Assembly (NCBI GenBank): GCA_021825805.1
Contig: JAKAGF010000001.1
Span: 1 to 38,904, forward strand
DNA from: Nitrospirota bacterium
Lineage (GTDB): Bacteria; Nitrospirota; Thermodesulfovibrionia; Thermodesulfovibrionales; UBA6898
Direction of reading: 5' to 3'
Length of the DNA stretch: 38,904 nt
Part shown: positions 1-8,396 of the stretch, piece by piece
How positions within the stretch are numbered: the first letter of the stretch is position 1
Layout of the letters: every line of letters starts with the position of its first letter
Notes under the pieces: model-generated
Seen by the model: the letters and a program-made list of their open reading frames with translations, nothing else
The model's database searches: none
Told to the model about the DNA's origin: nothing
Translations under genes and position numbers: made by a program

Positions 1-123
1 AGGACTGCACTGTATGCGAATTCTTCAGACAGGTAAAGAGGGAGGAGGGGGCCGACTACCAGACGTCTCTCGTCCTTCTGAAGAGACTGAGGGTGGTCAA
101 ATGACAGCCGCCCTGACGCGGCT

Positions 124-888
124 TTAAAGCTCCCGGTAAGGCTTCGCAAGAGGCCCCAGCACGGTATTTTCCACCATGCGGCAAACCTCGGCTGCGGTCT
201 TTCCCCGGTAATCCTCTATGGTAACGGGCTGATGCACGATCAGTTTCACGGGGATCTTTTTCTGGCCGCAGACCCTCGCAGCGTTTTCTCTCAGAGACTG
301 CGGCCTTACCCATGCTATCCCGGCATCGTCCCTGTAATAGAGTGTCACCGGCACGATGGTCAGCTTTGGGTTCAGTTCGATCACCTTGAAAATGCCTCGA
401 TGAAAAGAGAGGCGTTCAGAGATGCCGCCTGTTGTCCCCTGCGGAAAGACAGCCAGGACCCGGCCGGAATGACCCCTGGCTACGGAGTTGAGCACCCGCA
501 TCCTTTCCTTTGAAGAAGCCCGGTCAAAAAAGATGCTGCCCATGAGCCGGGCGATCTGCCCGATAACCGGATAAGTTCTCACTTCAGCCTTGCTGACAAA
601 GGCTGTCCCGAACCTGGCGGATAGCACGAAGATGTCGAGAAAACTCGCGTGGTTCGAGATTATCAGGAGACTGCCTTTGAGCTTCTTCAGGGAGCGGGAC
701 CCCTTTCCCTGCCTGATCTTCACCCGATAGATCGCAAGGCAGATACCTGAATAGAACCGGACAAGGCCTGGTCCGATAGAAAGCCGCCACGGGTAAAACA
801 AAAAAAGGATAAAGATGTACAGGGGCGAAAGGACAAGGGTGGTCAGGAGAAAGAGCGCTGTTTTTGCGCAGAACCTTAAGACATTCAT
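124..888 (-). CDS. plsC: Lysophospholipid (1-acyl-sn-glycerol-3-phosphate) acyltransferase, PlsC family
   Basis: 254-aa ORF. It has an N-terminal hydrophobic anchor, the HxxxxD acyltransferase motif (NHASFLD) and a downstream FPQGTT block typical of PlsC/LPLAT enzymes. Confidence 0.8.
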   Translation of the reverse strand: MNVLRFCAKTALFLLTTLVLSPLYIFILFLFYPWRLSIGPGLVRFYSGICLAIYRVKIRQGKGSRSLKKLKGSLLIISNHASFLDIFVLSARFGTAFVSKAEVRTYPVIGQIARLMGSIFFDRASSKERMRVLNSVARGHSGRVLAVFPQGTTGGISERLSFHRGIFKVIELNPKLTIVPVTLYYRDDAGIAWVRPQSLRENAARVCGQKKIPVKLIVHQPVTIEDYRGKTAAEVCRMVENTVLGPLAKPYREL

Positions 889-990
889 GTGCAGATAAGG
901 TAAGCGGGACGGTTTTATTTTGTCAATCCGGCGCCGGCTTTACCTAATGGTTTTTTTATGCATACCCGTCCTCTTCTAATGCAACAGGGT

Positions 991-3015
991 TTACTCTCCC
1001 AGCATCGCCTTTATATGGGCGAGGGATTTCCGCGCAAAACGTTCTTCGTCCTCAGCATCAGGGGCTTCGTTGTTGAGCCTTTTGAGCGCCTCGTCAGGTA
1101 TCTCATCAAGGAACCGCGACGGGTTCACGGCTGATTGCCTCCCGTATTTGGTCCTATGACCCGCATAGGTCATGTAGAGTTCCTTCATCGCCCTGGTTAT
1201 CCCGACATAGAAAAGCCTTCTTTCCTCTTCCACGGCATCAGCCGTGCCTGACGATTTTTTGTGGGGCAGGATGTCCTCCTCCACCCCGCAGATGAAAACC
1301 ACCGGGAATTCGAGCCCTTTGGCGGAATGAAAGGAGATAAGGGTGACGCCGCTTCCCGTCTTTTCCTCCTTTTCCTCAATGAAGTCGGAGAGTGCAAGAG
1401 TTTCGAGGAATCCCTGCAGCGTGGGGGCCGCCTCTTCAGCCGCATAGCCTGAGAGGGAAGAGATGAAGGCGTCAAGGTTCTCGATCTTCCTCATCGCAGC
1501 CTCGGGCGTCTTGTAAAGCTCGCGGATATAGTCCCTGTAGCGGATTTCTTCCACCAGGGCCGCGAAGGTTTCAGCCATGACCCTTCTTTTCTGAAAGGCG
1601 GATTGGTAGCGCCCGATCATCCCGGCAAACCCTTCGGCCGATCCGGCGGTCTTTGCGCCCAGTTCAGCGATCTCGCGCGCCCTTGAAAAGGCCTCAAGCA
1701 GGGATATCGAACGTTCCCGGGCAAAGACGGAAAGCCTGCCCAGGGCCGTTGTCCCGATCCCCCTTTTGGGTACGTTGGCAGCCCTCAGCAGGCTGAGGTC
1801 GTCGCGGCTGTTGGAGATGATCTTGAGATAGGCTGCAAGGTCCTTGATCTCCCTGTTCTCAAAATAGCTCGTCCCCCCGACCACGGAGTACGGGACCCTC
1901 AGTTTGCGGAGCGCCTCTTCAAAGGGCCTTGAAAAAAGGTTCGCCCGGTAGATGATTGCAAAGTCCTCCCACCGGAGATTCCTGTCAAGCCGTATCATGG
2001 ATATCCTGTCCGCAACCCACCGGGCCTCGTCTTCCGCGTTAGCCGCCCTGAAGATGCGCACCCTGGGTCCGGGGGCGCCCGCTGTCCAGAGCGTCTTTTC
2101 CATCCGCTTCTCATTGTTCTTTATCACCGCGTTGGCTGCCTGAAGGATATGGCCGGTTGAACGGTAATTCTGTTCGAGCCTGATGACCGCCGTGCCGGGG
2201 AAGTCCTTCTCAAAGTCAAGGATATTGCCTGGATGCGCTCCCCGCCAGCCGTAGATCGACTGGTCATCGTCGCCCACAACGCAGAGGTTTTTCCTTTCGC
2301 CCGCCAGCATGCCGACGAATTCATACTGCACGCGATTGGTGTCCTGGTATTCATCGACCATGAGATATCTGAACCGCTCCCGGTATCGCTGAAGCACCGC
2401 GGGGTGTTCCCTGAAGAGCTTCAGCGCAAAGAGCAGAAGGTCGTCGAAATCAAGGGCGTTGAGTGTCCTGAGGGCCTCGTGATACCTGGGATAGAGCCGC
2501 TCCGTCACCTCCTCGATCTTGTCGTCGTCAGAGGATGCCATTGCCGCCGCGGGGACGCAGTCGTTCTTCGACCTGCTGATCCTTTCGAGGACGGACTCTA
2601 TCCTGAAGGTCTTATCGTGGAAGCGGATGTCTGAAAGGATGTTTCGAAGCAGGGATATCTGCTCTCCGGTGTCGTAGACGGTGAAATCCTTCCGAAAGCC
2701 GAGGTGCTCTATCTCCCGCCGCAGGATATTCAGGCAGAGAGAATGAAAAGTGGAGATTACCGGGCTGCCGTTGCCTCCGCCTCTGACCATCGCAGCGACC
2801 CGTTCCCGCATCTCTCGCGCTGCCTTGTTCGTAAAGGTCACCGCCAGGACGGACCGGGGCGCAGCGCCACGGTGCAACAGATATGCCGCCCTCATGGTAA
2901 TGACCCGCGTCTTTCCAGACCCGGCGCCGGCCAGGATGAGCAGGGGGCCTTCCGTATGCAGGACAGCTTCCTTTTGGCGCGGGTTCAGCCGCGCTATTTT
3001 CCTCTCGATATCCAT
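991..3015 (-). CDS. ATP-dependent DNA helicase, UvrD/PcrA/Rep (SF1) family
   Basis: 674-aa ORF. It has Walker A AGAGSGKT, motif II MVDEYQDT, and the blocks VGDDDQSIYGWRGA, LEQNYRST, SFHSAKGLEFPVVF and RRLFYVGITRA, all characteristic of UvrD-like helicases. Confidence 0.9.
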   Translation of the reverse strand: MDIERKIARLNPRQKEAVLHTEGPLLILAGAGSGKTRVITMRAAYLLHRGAAPRSVLAVTFTNKAAREMRERVAAMVRGGGNGSPVISTFHSLCLNILRREIEHLGFRKDFTVYDTGEQISLLRNILSDIRFHDKTFRIESVLERISRSKNDCVPAAAMASSDDDKIEEVTERLYPRYHEALRTLNALDFDDLLLFALKLFREHPAVLQRYRERFRYLMVDEYQDTNRVQYEFVGMLAGERKNLCVVGDDDQSIYGWRGAHPGNILDFEKDFPGTAVIRLEQNYRSTGHILQAANAVIKNNEKRMEKTLWTAGAPGPRVRIFRAANAEDEARWVADRISMIRLDRNLRWEDFAIIYRANLFSRPFEEALRKLRVPYSVVGGTSYFENREIKDLAAYLKIISNSRDDLSLLRAANVPKRGIGTTALGRLSVFARERSISLLEAFSRAREIAELGAKTAGSAEGFAGMIGRYQSAFQKRRVMAETFAALVEEIRYRDYIRELYKTPEAAMRKIENLDAFISSLSGYAAEEAAPTLQGFLETLALSDFIEEKEEKTGSGVTLISFHSAKGLEFPVVFICGVEEDILPHKKSSGTADAVEEERRLFYVGITRAMKELYMTYAGHRTKYGRQSAVNPSRFLDEIPDEALKRLNNEAPDAEDEERFARKSLAHIKAMLGE

Positions 3016-3310
3016 GACCCTCTTCTTTTCGGCTATGAAGTCTTTCTTGATCGTCCGGGGCGTGACGTGAACCGGCCGGCCACAGCGATGAGGGGAATAT
3101 TGTAACGCGGCGGAATGCCGCTGTCAAAAGACAACAGCCGATCATCCCTCTTTTCGGAATCAGGCGGGAGCACGGCCGCGCAATTACGGGCACGCCCCTT
3201 AGCGTTTCAGTTTTTTTATTGAATTTTGGCTGTTCTCCATATTATCATTTTATAGCTGCTCATACGACAACAACCATAGAGACAGCAGCTTCAATCTCAG
3301 GACGGTCAAC

Positions 3311-6166
3311 ATAAAAAGTCTCAAAAGAAAGTTTTTCTGGATCCTCCTCGCCGGGGTTGTCTTCTTCTTCGGTATTCTGACCTTTCTGATACTTCATCGG
3401 GAAAAGAGGCTGATCCTCAACATCTACAAGCAGGAAGCCCTCATGACAGTTAACGTGATAGCCGACCAAATCATCCACCTGATGGCCGAGAAGAACCCCG
3501 GGGCAGCCGCCGAGAAGATCGACGCATACAACAAGGCAGGCAAAATAAAGATAGGCGTCGCAGGGCCGGACGGTCTGCCCGCGTTTCATACCGATATCGT
3601 CATCCCTGCTGCCTATTTCAAGGCGCATGAGGAGCGTTTTGTCGCATCAGACAGCGACTATGTCTTTTTCAAGCCTCTTGCCAATACGAAGAACTGCCAC
3701 GGATGTCACAGCGCCGCAGACAAAACCCGGGGTATGCTCGCCATCAAGGGCTCCCTGGCACAGGCCGACAAAGAGGTCGCCGATACCGCCAAGCGGCTAC
3801 TGATCCTTGCCGTCATCATCGGCCTGGCCAGCGAGGTCTTTCTCCTGGTGGTTTTGCGAAAAACAATCCTGAAGCCTGTTGAACAGCTCAACGAAGGGGC
3901 TGCGCTCCTGCAGGCAGGCAGGCTTGACCACCGAATACCCATCACCGGCGATGATGAGATCGGGTCCCTGGCAGCCTGTTTTAACAGGATGACGGAGAGC
4001 ATTCAGAAGTCCCACGTTCATCTGGAAGACGCCATGCGCCAGCGGACTACGGAACTCCGGGTGATAGCGGAACTTTCAATGAAAGTATTCAAGGGCAACC
4101 TCAGCGCAAACGCCATCATTGAGCAGTTTCTCGCCTCCATAACAGGAAGTTTCGGGTTCGGCTACGCTGCCCTCTGTCTCGTGGATAAAGAGACAGGGCT
4201 CCTGTCCCAGGAATTCAGCAAGGGGATAAGCCAGGGGTTCTGTTCCATGGAGGTATCCATGGCCAGCGAGCACATCCTCACCAGGACGATACGGGAGGCA
4301 AGGGCGGTCATCAGATCAGCCGGAGACATCGGCATACCCGATGTCTTTACGAACGTGGCTATCGTTCCCCTTCTTTCCCACCAGCGGCGGCGCTGCAGGG
4401 AGATCAACCTCTGCGCCCACGAGGATTGTCCTGCCCATGCTAATGAAGACGACCGATGCTGGCTCATCAGCGGCACGCTCTGCAGAAGCCCCCAGGCGGT
4501 TGCAGGGAAGGAGAAAATCTACGGCTGCCTCCACTGCGATGTCTTCCCGGTCCTCGGGGTCCTCATTGCGGGCCGAAAGGATGAGGTCCCGGACTCCTCC
4601 CTGCACTCACTCGAGATCATCGGATCAGAGATCGCCTCAGCCATCGAGAACCATCGGTTTATCGACGCCAAGAAAAACGACATAGCCAAGCTGATCAGGC
4701 TCCATGACATATCAGTCGAATCCCTGCAGAACCCGGGGAAGACGCTGACAACGTCGATCGTTTCGTCGGTAATGGCTTTTTCGAATGTCGACGCGGCTAT
4801 GCTCCTGCTTGCGGAAGACAACAGCACGCTGCGTCTCGCTGACGCCTCGGGCATTGACACGGACGGCCTTCCCTCCATTATCCCGTCCGCCGATTCCTTC
4901 GTCTGGACAGCCATCAGGGAGGACCGTCCCGTGGAGACCCTAAAGATGGCCGAGTTGTCCTGTTTCGAGGAGATCATCACACGCGAAAGTTTCCTCTACG
5001 CCGCCTCCGTGCCCCTTCGGTTCAAGGAAACGGTCTTCGGCTGCCTCGCCCTTTTCAGGAGGCGGGACTTCTTCATGACCGACTCTGAAAAGGCGGTTAC
5101 GCTGCTCTTCGCAAGCCAGGCGTCTGCTGCCCTCAATACGTCGAGGCTCTTTTCTTCGGTAAAGGCTGAACAGGAATTCTCCGACGCCATCTTCAATTGC
5201 GCGGCAAGCGGCATCATGGTCCTTGACCGCGAGGGGCGGATTCTCAAGATCAACGGCATGGGCGCGGAGATACTGCGCATCGACGCGATAGTCGCCCCTG
5301 GCTGGAAGATCACGGACCTGTTCCCGGAGCTTGAGGACGTACTCCTGTTCGGTCTCGGCATCGGCAGGGAGGTGAATATCTCCTGCCCCGACGGAACTAC
5401 GATACCCATCGGTTTCTCCAACTCCCCCCTCTTCGACGCGCCTGACGGAAAAATGGGGATCATCGTACTGTTCCGCGACCTCACCGAAATAAAAAAGCTG
5501 CAGGAGGAATTGAGAAGAAAGGAGCATTTCGAGGCGATGGGCATGGTCCTCTCCGGGGTGGCGCACGAGATAAGAAACCCGCTCTTCGGCATCTCCTCCA
5601 TCGGGCAGATCCTTGACCGGGAGATCGACATCCCCCAGTACAAGTCCCTTATCCAGGCGATGCTCAAGGAAACAGAACGGATGAAGCGGCTGCTGGAGGA
5701 GCTCCTCCTCTACACGCGGCCCGCGCGTCTTGATATCAAAGAGGTGGACCTCGGCAATCTCTTCGAGGATATGCGCCATTTTGTCAGCGGCAAGAGGGAC
5801 GACATCACCCTCACCGTTAAGATGCCCCCGCGTCTCGCTGTTTCCGCTGACAAAGACAAGCTAACCCAGGTCTTTCTGAACCTCCTGAACAACGCCATCG
5901 ACGCGGCGCGTCACGCCATCACCCTCTCCGCCTGGAAGCAGGGGAACAATGTGCGAGTGGAGATCGCGGACGACGGGACAGGCATACCCGAGGAAAATCT
6001 GCAGCGCATATTCGATCCCTTTTTCACGACAAAAAAGGGAGGGACGGGCCTCGGGCTCCCGATCTGCAGAAAGATCATCGAAGATCACGGCGGCGCCATC
6101 GAGGTCCGCAGCAACGCCGGCAGGGGGACTACGGTGATCGTGATCTGTGCGGCGCCGGAGGCCTGA
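3311..6166 (+). CDS. Multi-sensor histidine kinase (TM - periplasmic CxxCH haem-c-type domain - TM - HAMP - GAF with Cys-rich insert - GAF - PAS - HisKA - HATPase)
   Basis: The ORF track gives 3443..6166 (907 aa). Motifs seen: NCHGCH (CxxCH) between two hydrophobic helices, a HAMP-like segment after helix LLILAVIIGLASEVFLLVVL, a PAS-like FNCAASGIMVLDREGRILKING, H-box SGVAHEIRNPLFGI, N box LLNNAIDA, and G boxes DDGTGIP and GGTGLGL. The same frame stays open back to the TAG at 3200. Upstream of M3443 it encodes a signal-anchor helix (KRKFFWILLAGVVFFFGILTFLIL) with no ATG/GTG/TTG. ATA at 3311 preceded by AGGA (3299-3302) is the best start candidate. The start coordinate is therefore uncertain (3311 or 3443). 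Confidence 0.85.
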   Translation: MKSLKRKFFWILLAGVVFFFGILTFLILHREKRLILNIYKQEALMTVNVIADQIIHLMAEKNPGAAAEKIDAYNKAGKIKIGVAGPDGLPAFHTDIVIPAAYFKAHEERFVASDSDYVFFKPLANTKNCHGCHSAADKTRGMLAIKGSLAQADKEVADTAKRLLILAVIIGLASEVFLLVVLRKTILKPVEQLNEGAALLQAGRLDHRIPITGDDEIGSLAACFNRMTESIQKSHVHLEDAMRQRTTELRVIAELSMKVFKGNLSANAIIEQFLASITGSFGFGYAALCLVDKETGLLSQEFSKGISQGFCSMEVSMASEHILTRTIREARAVIRSAGDIGIPDVFTNVAIVPLLSHQRRRCREINLCAHEDCPAHANEDDRCWLISGTLCRSPQAVAGKEKIYGCLHCDVFPVLGVLIAGRKDEVPDSSLHSLEIIGSEIASAIENHRFIDAKKNDIAKLIRLHDISVESLQNPGKTLTTSIVSSVMAFSNVDAAMLLLAEDNSTLRLADASGIDTDGLPSIIPSADSFVWTAIREDRPVETLKMAELSCFEEIITRESFLYAASVPLRFKETVFGCLALFRRRDFFMTDSEKAVTLLFASQASAALNTSRLFSSVKAEQEFSDAIFNCAASGIMVLDREGRILKINGMGAEILRIDAIVAPGWKITDLFPELEDVLLFGLGIGREVNISCPDGTTIPIGFSNSPLFDAPDGKMGIIVLFRDLTEIKKLQEELRRKEHFEAMGMVLSGVAHEIRNPLFGISSIGQILDREIDIPQYKSLIQAMLKETERMKRLLEELLLYTRPARLDIKEVDLGNLFEDMRHFVSGKRDDITLTVKMPPRLAVSADKDKLTQVFLNLLNNAIDAARHAITLSAWKQGNNVRVEIADDGTGIPEENLQRIFDPFFTTKKGGTGLGLPICRKIIEDHGGAIEVRSNAGRGTTVIVICAAPEA

Positions 6167-7186
6167 CTACGCCCTCTTCAATACCTCGCCGGCGATGGAT
6201 GTGAGCGGGAGGACCATGTCAACAACGCCTCCTTCCGCGGCAGCCCGCGGCATGCCGTAGATTGCCGACGTCGCCTCGTCCTGGGCGATGGTGAATCCGC
6301 CCTGCTCTTTGATAACTCCCATTCCACGCGCTCCGTCAGAGCCCATTCCGGTTAAAAGCACGCCTATCGAGCGGCCTCCAGCGCGCTCGCCCACGGAGCG
6401 GAACAGCACGTTGACCGAGGGCCTGTGGATCTCGTCCATCGGTTCTATGTCCAGCCGCACTTTATAGCCGCTCCCTGTCGTTCTGACGGTCATGTGAAGG
6501 CCGGCAGGGGCTATGAGGGCTGTCCCGGGCTCGACTGCGTCACCTTCTTCAGCCTCTCTGACAGCGATTGAAGACGTCGCATCCAGCCTCTTCGCCAGTG
6601 GAGCGGTAAAGCCGCGCGGCATGTGTTGAACGATTAGAAGCCCGAAGGATATCTCATGCGGGAACTTCGGAAGGATCATATGAAGCGCCATCGGACCCCC
6701 TGTGGACGCTCCCATGGCCACGATATCAACAAGACCCTTTGTCCTCCCCCGGTAAAGCTCTGCTTCCCGCGTGGCGATCCGCAGCGGCCTGCCCCCGGCT
6801 ATGGACTTCACCTTCCCTATGATCTCCTTCGCAAGATCGAAGAAGTCCATCATGCCGGTCGAAGACTTGTCCACAAAATCCATCGCCCCCATCTCAAGGG
6901 CCTTGAGCGTCAGTTCCGCCCCATCCCGCGTAAGTTGCGACAGCATGAGAACCGGGGTGGGCAACTCATCCATAATCGCCCGGAGGGTCTCTATCCCGTC
7001 CATCTCAGGCATCATCACGTCAAGGGTAATGACATCCGGCTTCAGCGTTCGGACCTTTTCCAGCGCCTCCCTGCCCGAACAGGCAAGGCCGACGAGTTCG
7101 ATATCAGGATCAGACTGAAATATCCTCTGAAGGGCCTTGCGTACAAAGGCGGAATCATCAACAGCAAGAACTCTTATTCTGCGCAT
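6167..7186 (-). CDS. cheB: Chemotaxis response regulator protein-glutamate methylesterase CheB
   Basis: It has a REC domain (RVLAVDDSAFVRKAL, DVMMPEMDG) and a methylesterase domain (GASTGGP, LTGMGSDGA, IAQDEATSAIYGMP). I moved the start to ATG 7186 (MRRIRVLAVDD). The track start at 7435 would overlap the upstream gene by ~190 nt. Confidence 0.92.
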   Translation of the reverse strand: MRRIRVLAVDDSAFVRKALQRIFQSDPDIELVGLACSGREALEKVRTLKPDVITLDVMMPEMDGIETLRAIMDELPTPVLMLSQLTRDGAELTLKALEMGAMDFVDKSSTGMMDFFDLAKEIIGKVKSIAGGRPLRIATREAELYRGRTKGLVDIVAMGASTGGPMALHMILPKFPHEISFGLLIVQHMPRGFTAPLAKRLDATSSIAVREAEEGDAVEPGTALIAPAGLHMTVRTTGSGYKVRLDIEPMDEIHRPSVNVLFRSVGERAGGRSIGVLLTGMGSDGARGMGVIKEQGGFTIAQDEATSAIYGMPRAAAEGGVVDMVLPLTSIAGEVLKRA

Positions 7187-7241
7187 GCGGTCGCATATCC
7201 TTTCAGGAACAGACTGTCGTCGCCAGGGGACCTCTCTTCCG

Positions 7242-8396
7242 TCACTCCCGCGGCCCGCGCCTCTCCATCTCAGCCAGCCCGAGACGAGCAGCCTGCCGCA
7301 CTTCCTCCTCGGGATCAGACTGCATCTTTGCGAGCGCGGCGCGGGCCCGAGCCATGTCCAGCGCTCCGAGAGAAAGAGCGACCTCTGTCCGCACCTCAGG
7401 ATCTTCATCTTCAGCAAACTGCAGAAGGGCCACATTCTGTCCCGTCATGCTGAGCAGCTTCGCCAGGACAACCCGGTGCGGTCCCGCCGACGCCCTGAGT
7501 TCATCCACAATGCTGCAGAGGGCCCTCCTTCCCATGCCCCACAGCCCTTCGATGGCATACTCCTGAAGCTCATCATCCTTGAGCCCGTCAATCATATAGG
7601 GGATAACCGCAAAGTCCCGCGACCAGCAGAGCGCCACGAAGGCATATTTTTTTATATCAGGGTCCGGGTTTTTGAGCATCTCGATCATCGTCGTCACGAG
7701 GCTGGCAAAATACTCCGGGTTCGGCCTGATGCGCTCCCTGCCGGCGATGGTGACAATCGCCCTGAGAGCGGCTTCCCTGAACCGCGGTTTGCGGACACAC
7801 GCGGCAAGATGCCCGATGGACTCCCGGTTGCCGGCCCGTTCGATCGCCTGAAGCGCCGGCGCATCGAGGCCCTCCCGGTCGAGACATTGGTAGAGTATAT
7901 CAAGCGCCTCCGGGCCGCCCATCTCCCCAAGGGCGTGGACAGCCGCCATGGCAACCCACGGATCATCCTGAAGCGCTTCCCAAAACACGCCCAGGGCAGC
8001 GCTGTCGCCGATCTTTCCCAGGGCCTCCACGCAGGCTGCGCGCACATTGATATCCTCGTCTGCAAAAGCGGCGATGAGGAGGGAGACGCTGCCTGTATCC
8101 CTGATTGCGCAGAGCATATTCGCCGCAAACAGCCGCACCTCCCGGTCCTCGTCCCGGATGAGCGCCTCAAGATGCGGCAGCGCCCTGGGTCCCAATGAAA
8201 CAAAGACCTCCATCGCCGCTGTGCGCGCATCGGCATTATCGTGATTCCGCACGCCCTCCGCAAGACAGGCGACATAGGAATACTCGTCATAGGACTGCAG
8301 GGCCGCGGAAGCCCGCCTCCTGGCCCACCAGTCCCGGCCCGCCAGACCCTCTATGATTTCCCGGACCCTTTCACCCGCATCCCTCATGGGTCGCAA
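7242..8396 (-). CDS. HEAT-repeat (PBS-lyase HEAT-like) protein, paralog 1
   Basis: 384-aa ORF built from repeated D-x-D/E-x-x-VR-x-x-A-x-x-ALG-x-IG units (e.g. DEDREVRLFAANMLCAI, DEDINVRAACVEALGKIG, DPEVRTEVALSLGAL, EEEVRQAARLGLAEM). It is collinear with ORF 9265..10407. The start is either TTG 8396, abutting the cheR stop, or ATG 8387. Confidence 0.8.
   Translation of the reverse strand: MRPMRDAGERVREIIEGLAGRDWWARRRASAALQSYDEYSYVACLAEGVRNHDNADARTAAMEVFVSLGPRALPHLEALIRDEDREVRLFAANMLCAIRDTGSVSLLIAAFADEDINVRAACVEALGKIGDSAALGVFWEALQDDPWVAMAAVHALGEMGGPEALDILYQCLDREGLDAPALQAIERAGNRESIGHLAACVRKPRFREAALRAIVTIAGRERIRPNPEYFASLVTTMIEMLKNPDPDIKKYAFVALCWSRDFAVIPYMIDGLKDDELQEYAIEGLWGMGRRALCSIVDELRASAGPHRVVLAKLLSMTGQNVALLQFAEDEDPEVRTEVALSLGALDMARARAALAKMQSDPEEEVRQAARLGLAEMERRGPRE

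Noticed and set aside
1-123. Possible gene end or terminator at the left edge (purine-rich GAGGGAGGAGGGGG; weak 7-bp CTTCAGA/TCTGAAG repeat)
   Set aside because: The stretch is too short and the pairing too weak, with a ~45-nt loop. ORF 56..313 overlaps plsC and looks spurious.
889-990. TTGACA at ~925 on the minus strand as a plsC promoter, and the CCGGCGCCGG palindrome as a helicase-gene terminator
   Set aside because: The best -10 at 17-nt spacing (TTACCT) is poor. The palindrome has no loop or U-tract. This is not supportable.
3260-3628. 122-aa minus-strand ORF in the kinase upstream region
   Set aside because: It overlaps the plus-strand frame that encodes the kinase signal-anchor and periplasmic domain. 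It has no Shine-Dalgarno element and no motifs.
6167-7435. Long N-terminal extensions implied by ORF-track starts (cheB 7435, cheA 18611, MCP 13041, SBP 16396, TrxR fusion 23145, aminotransferase 32026, lptG 29868)
   Set aside because: The extensions overlap upstream genes or encode Arg/Ser/Pro-rich junk. Internal starts with Shine-Dalgarno sequences give canonical family N-termini.
7137-8198. 353-aa plus-strand ORF, with similar ones at 6656..7453 and 8241..8924
   Set aside because: They lie fully antisense to cheB, the HEAT gene and cheR. Their composition is Arg/Pro/Ser-rich and low in complexity, typical of shadow ORFs in GC-rich DNA. They carry no recognisable motifs.
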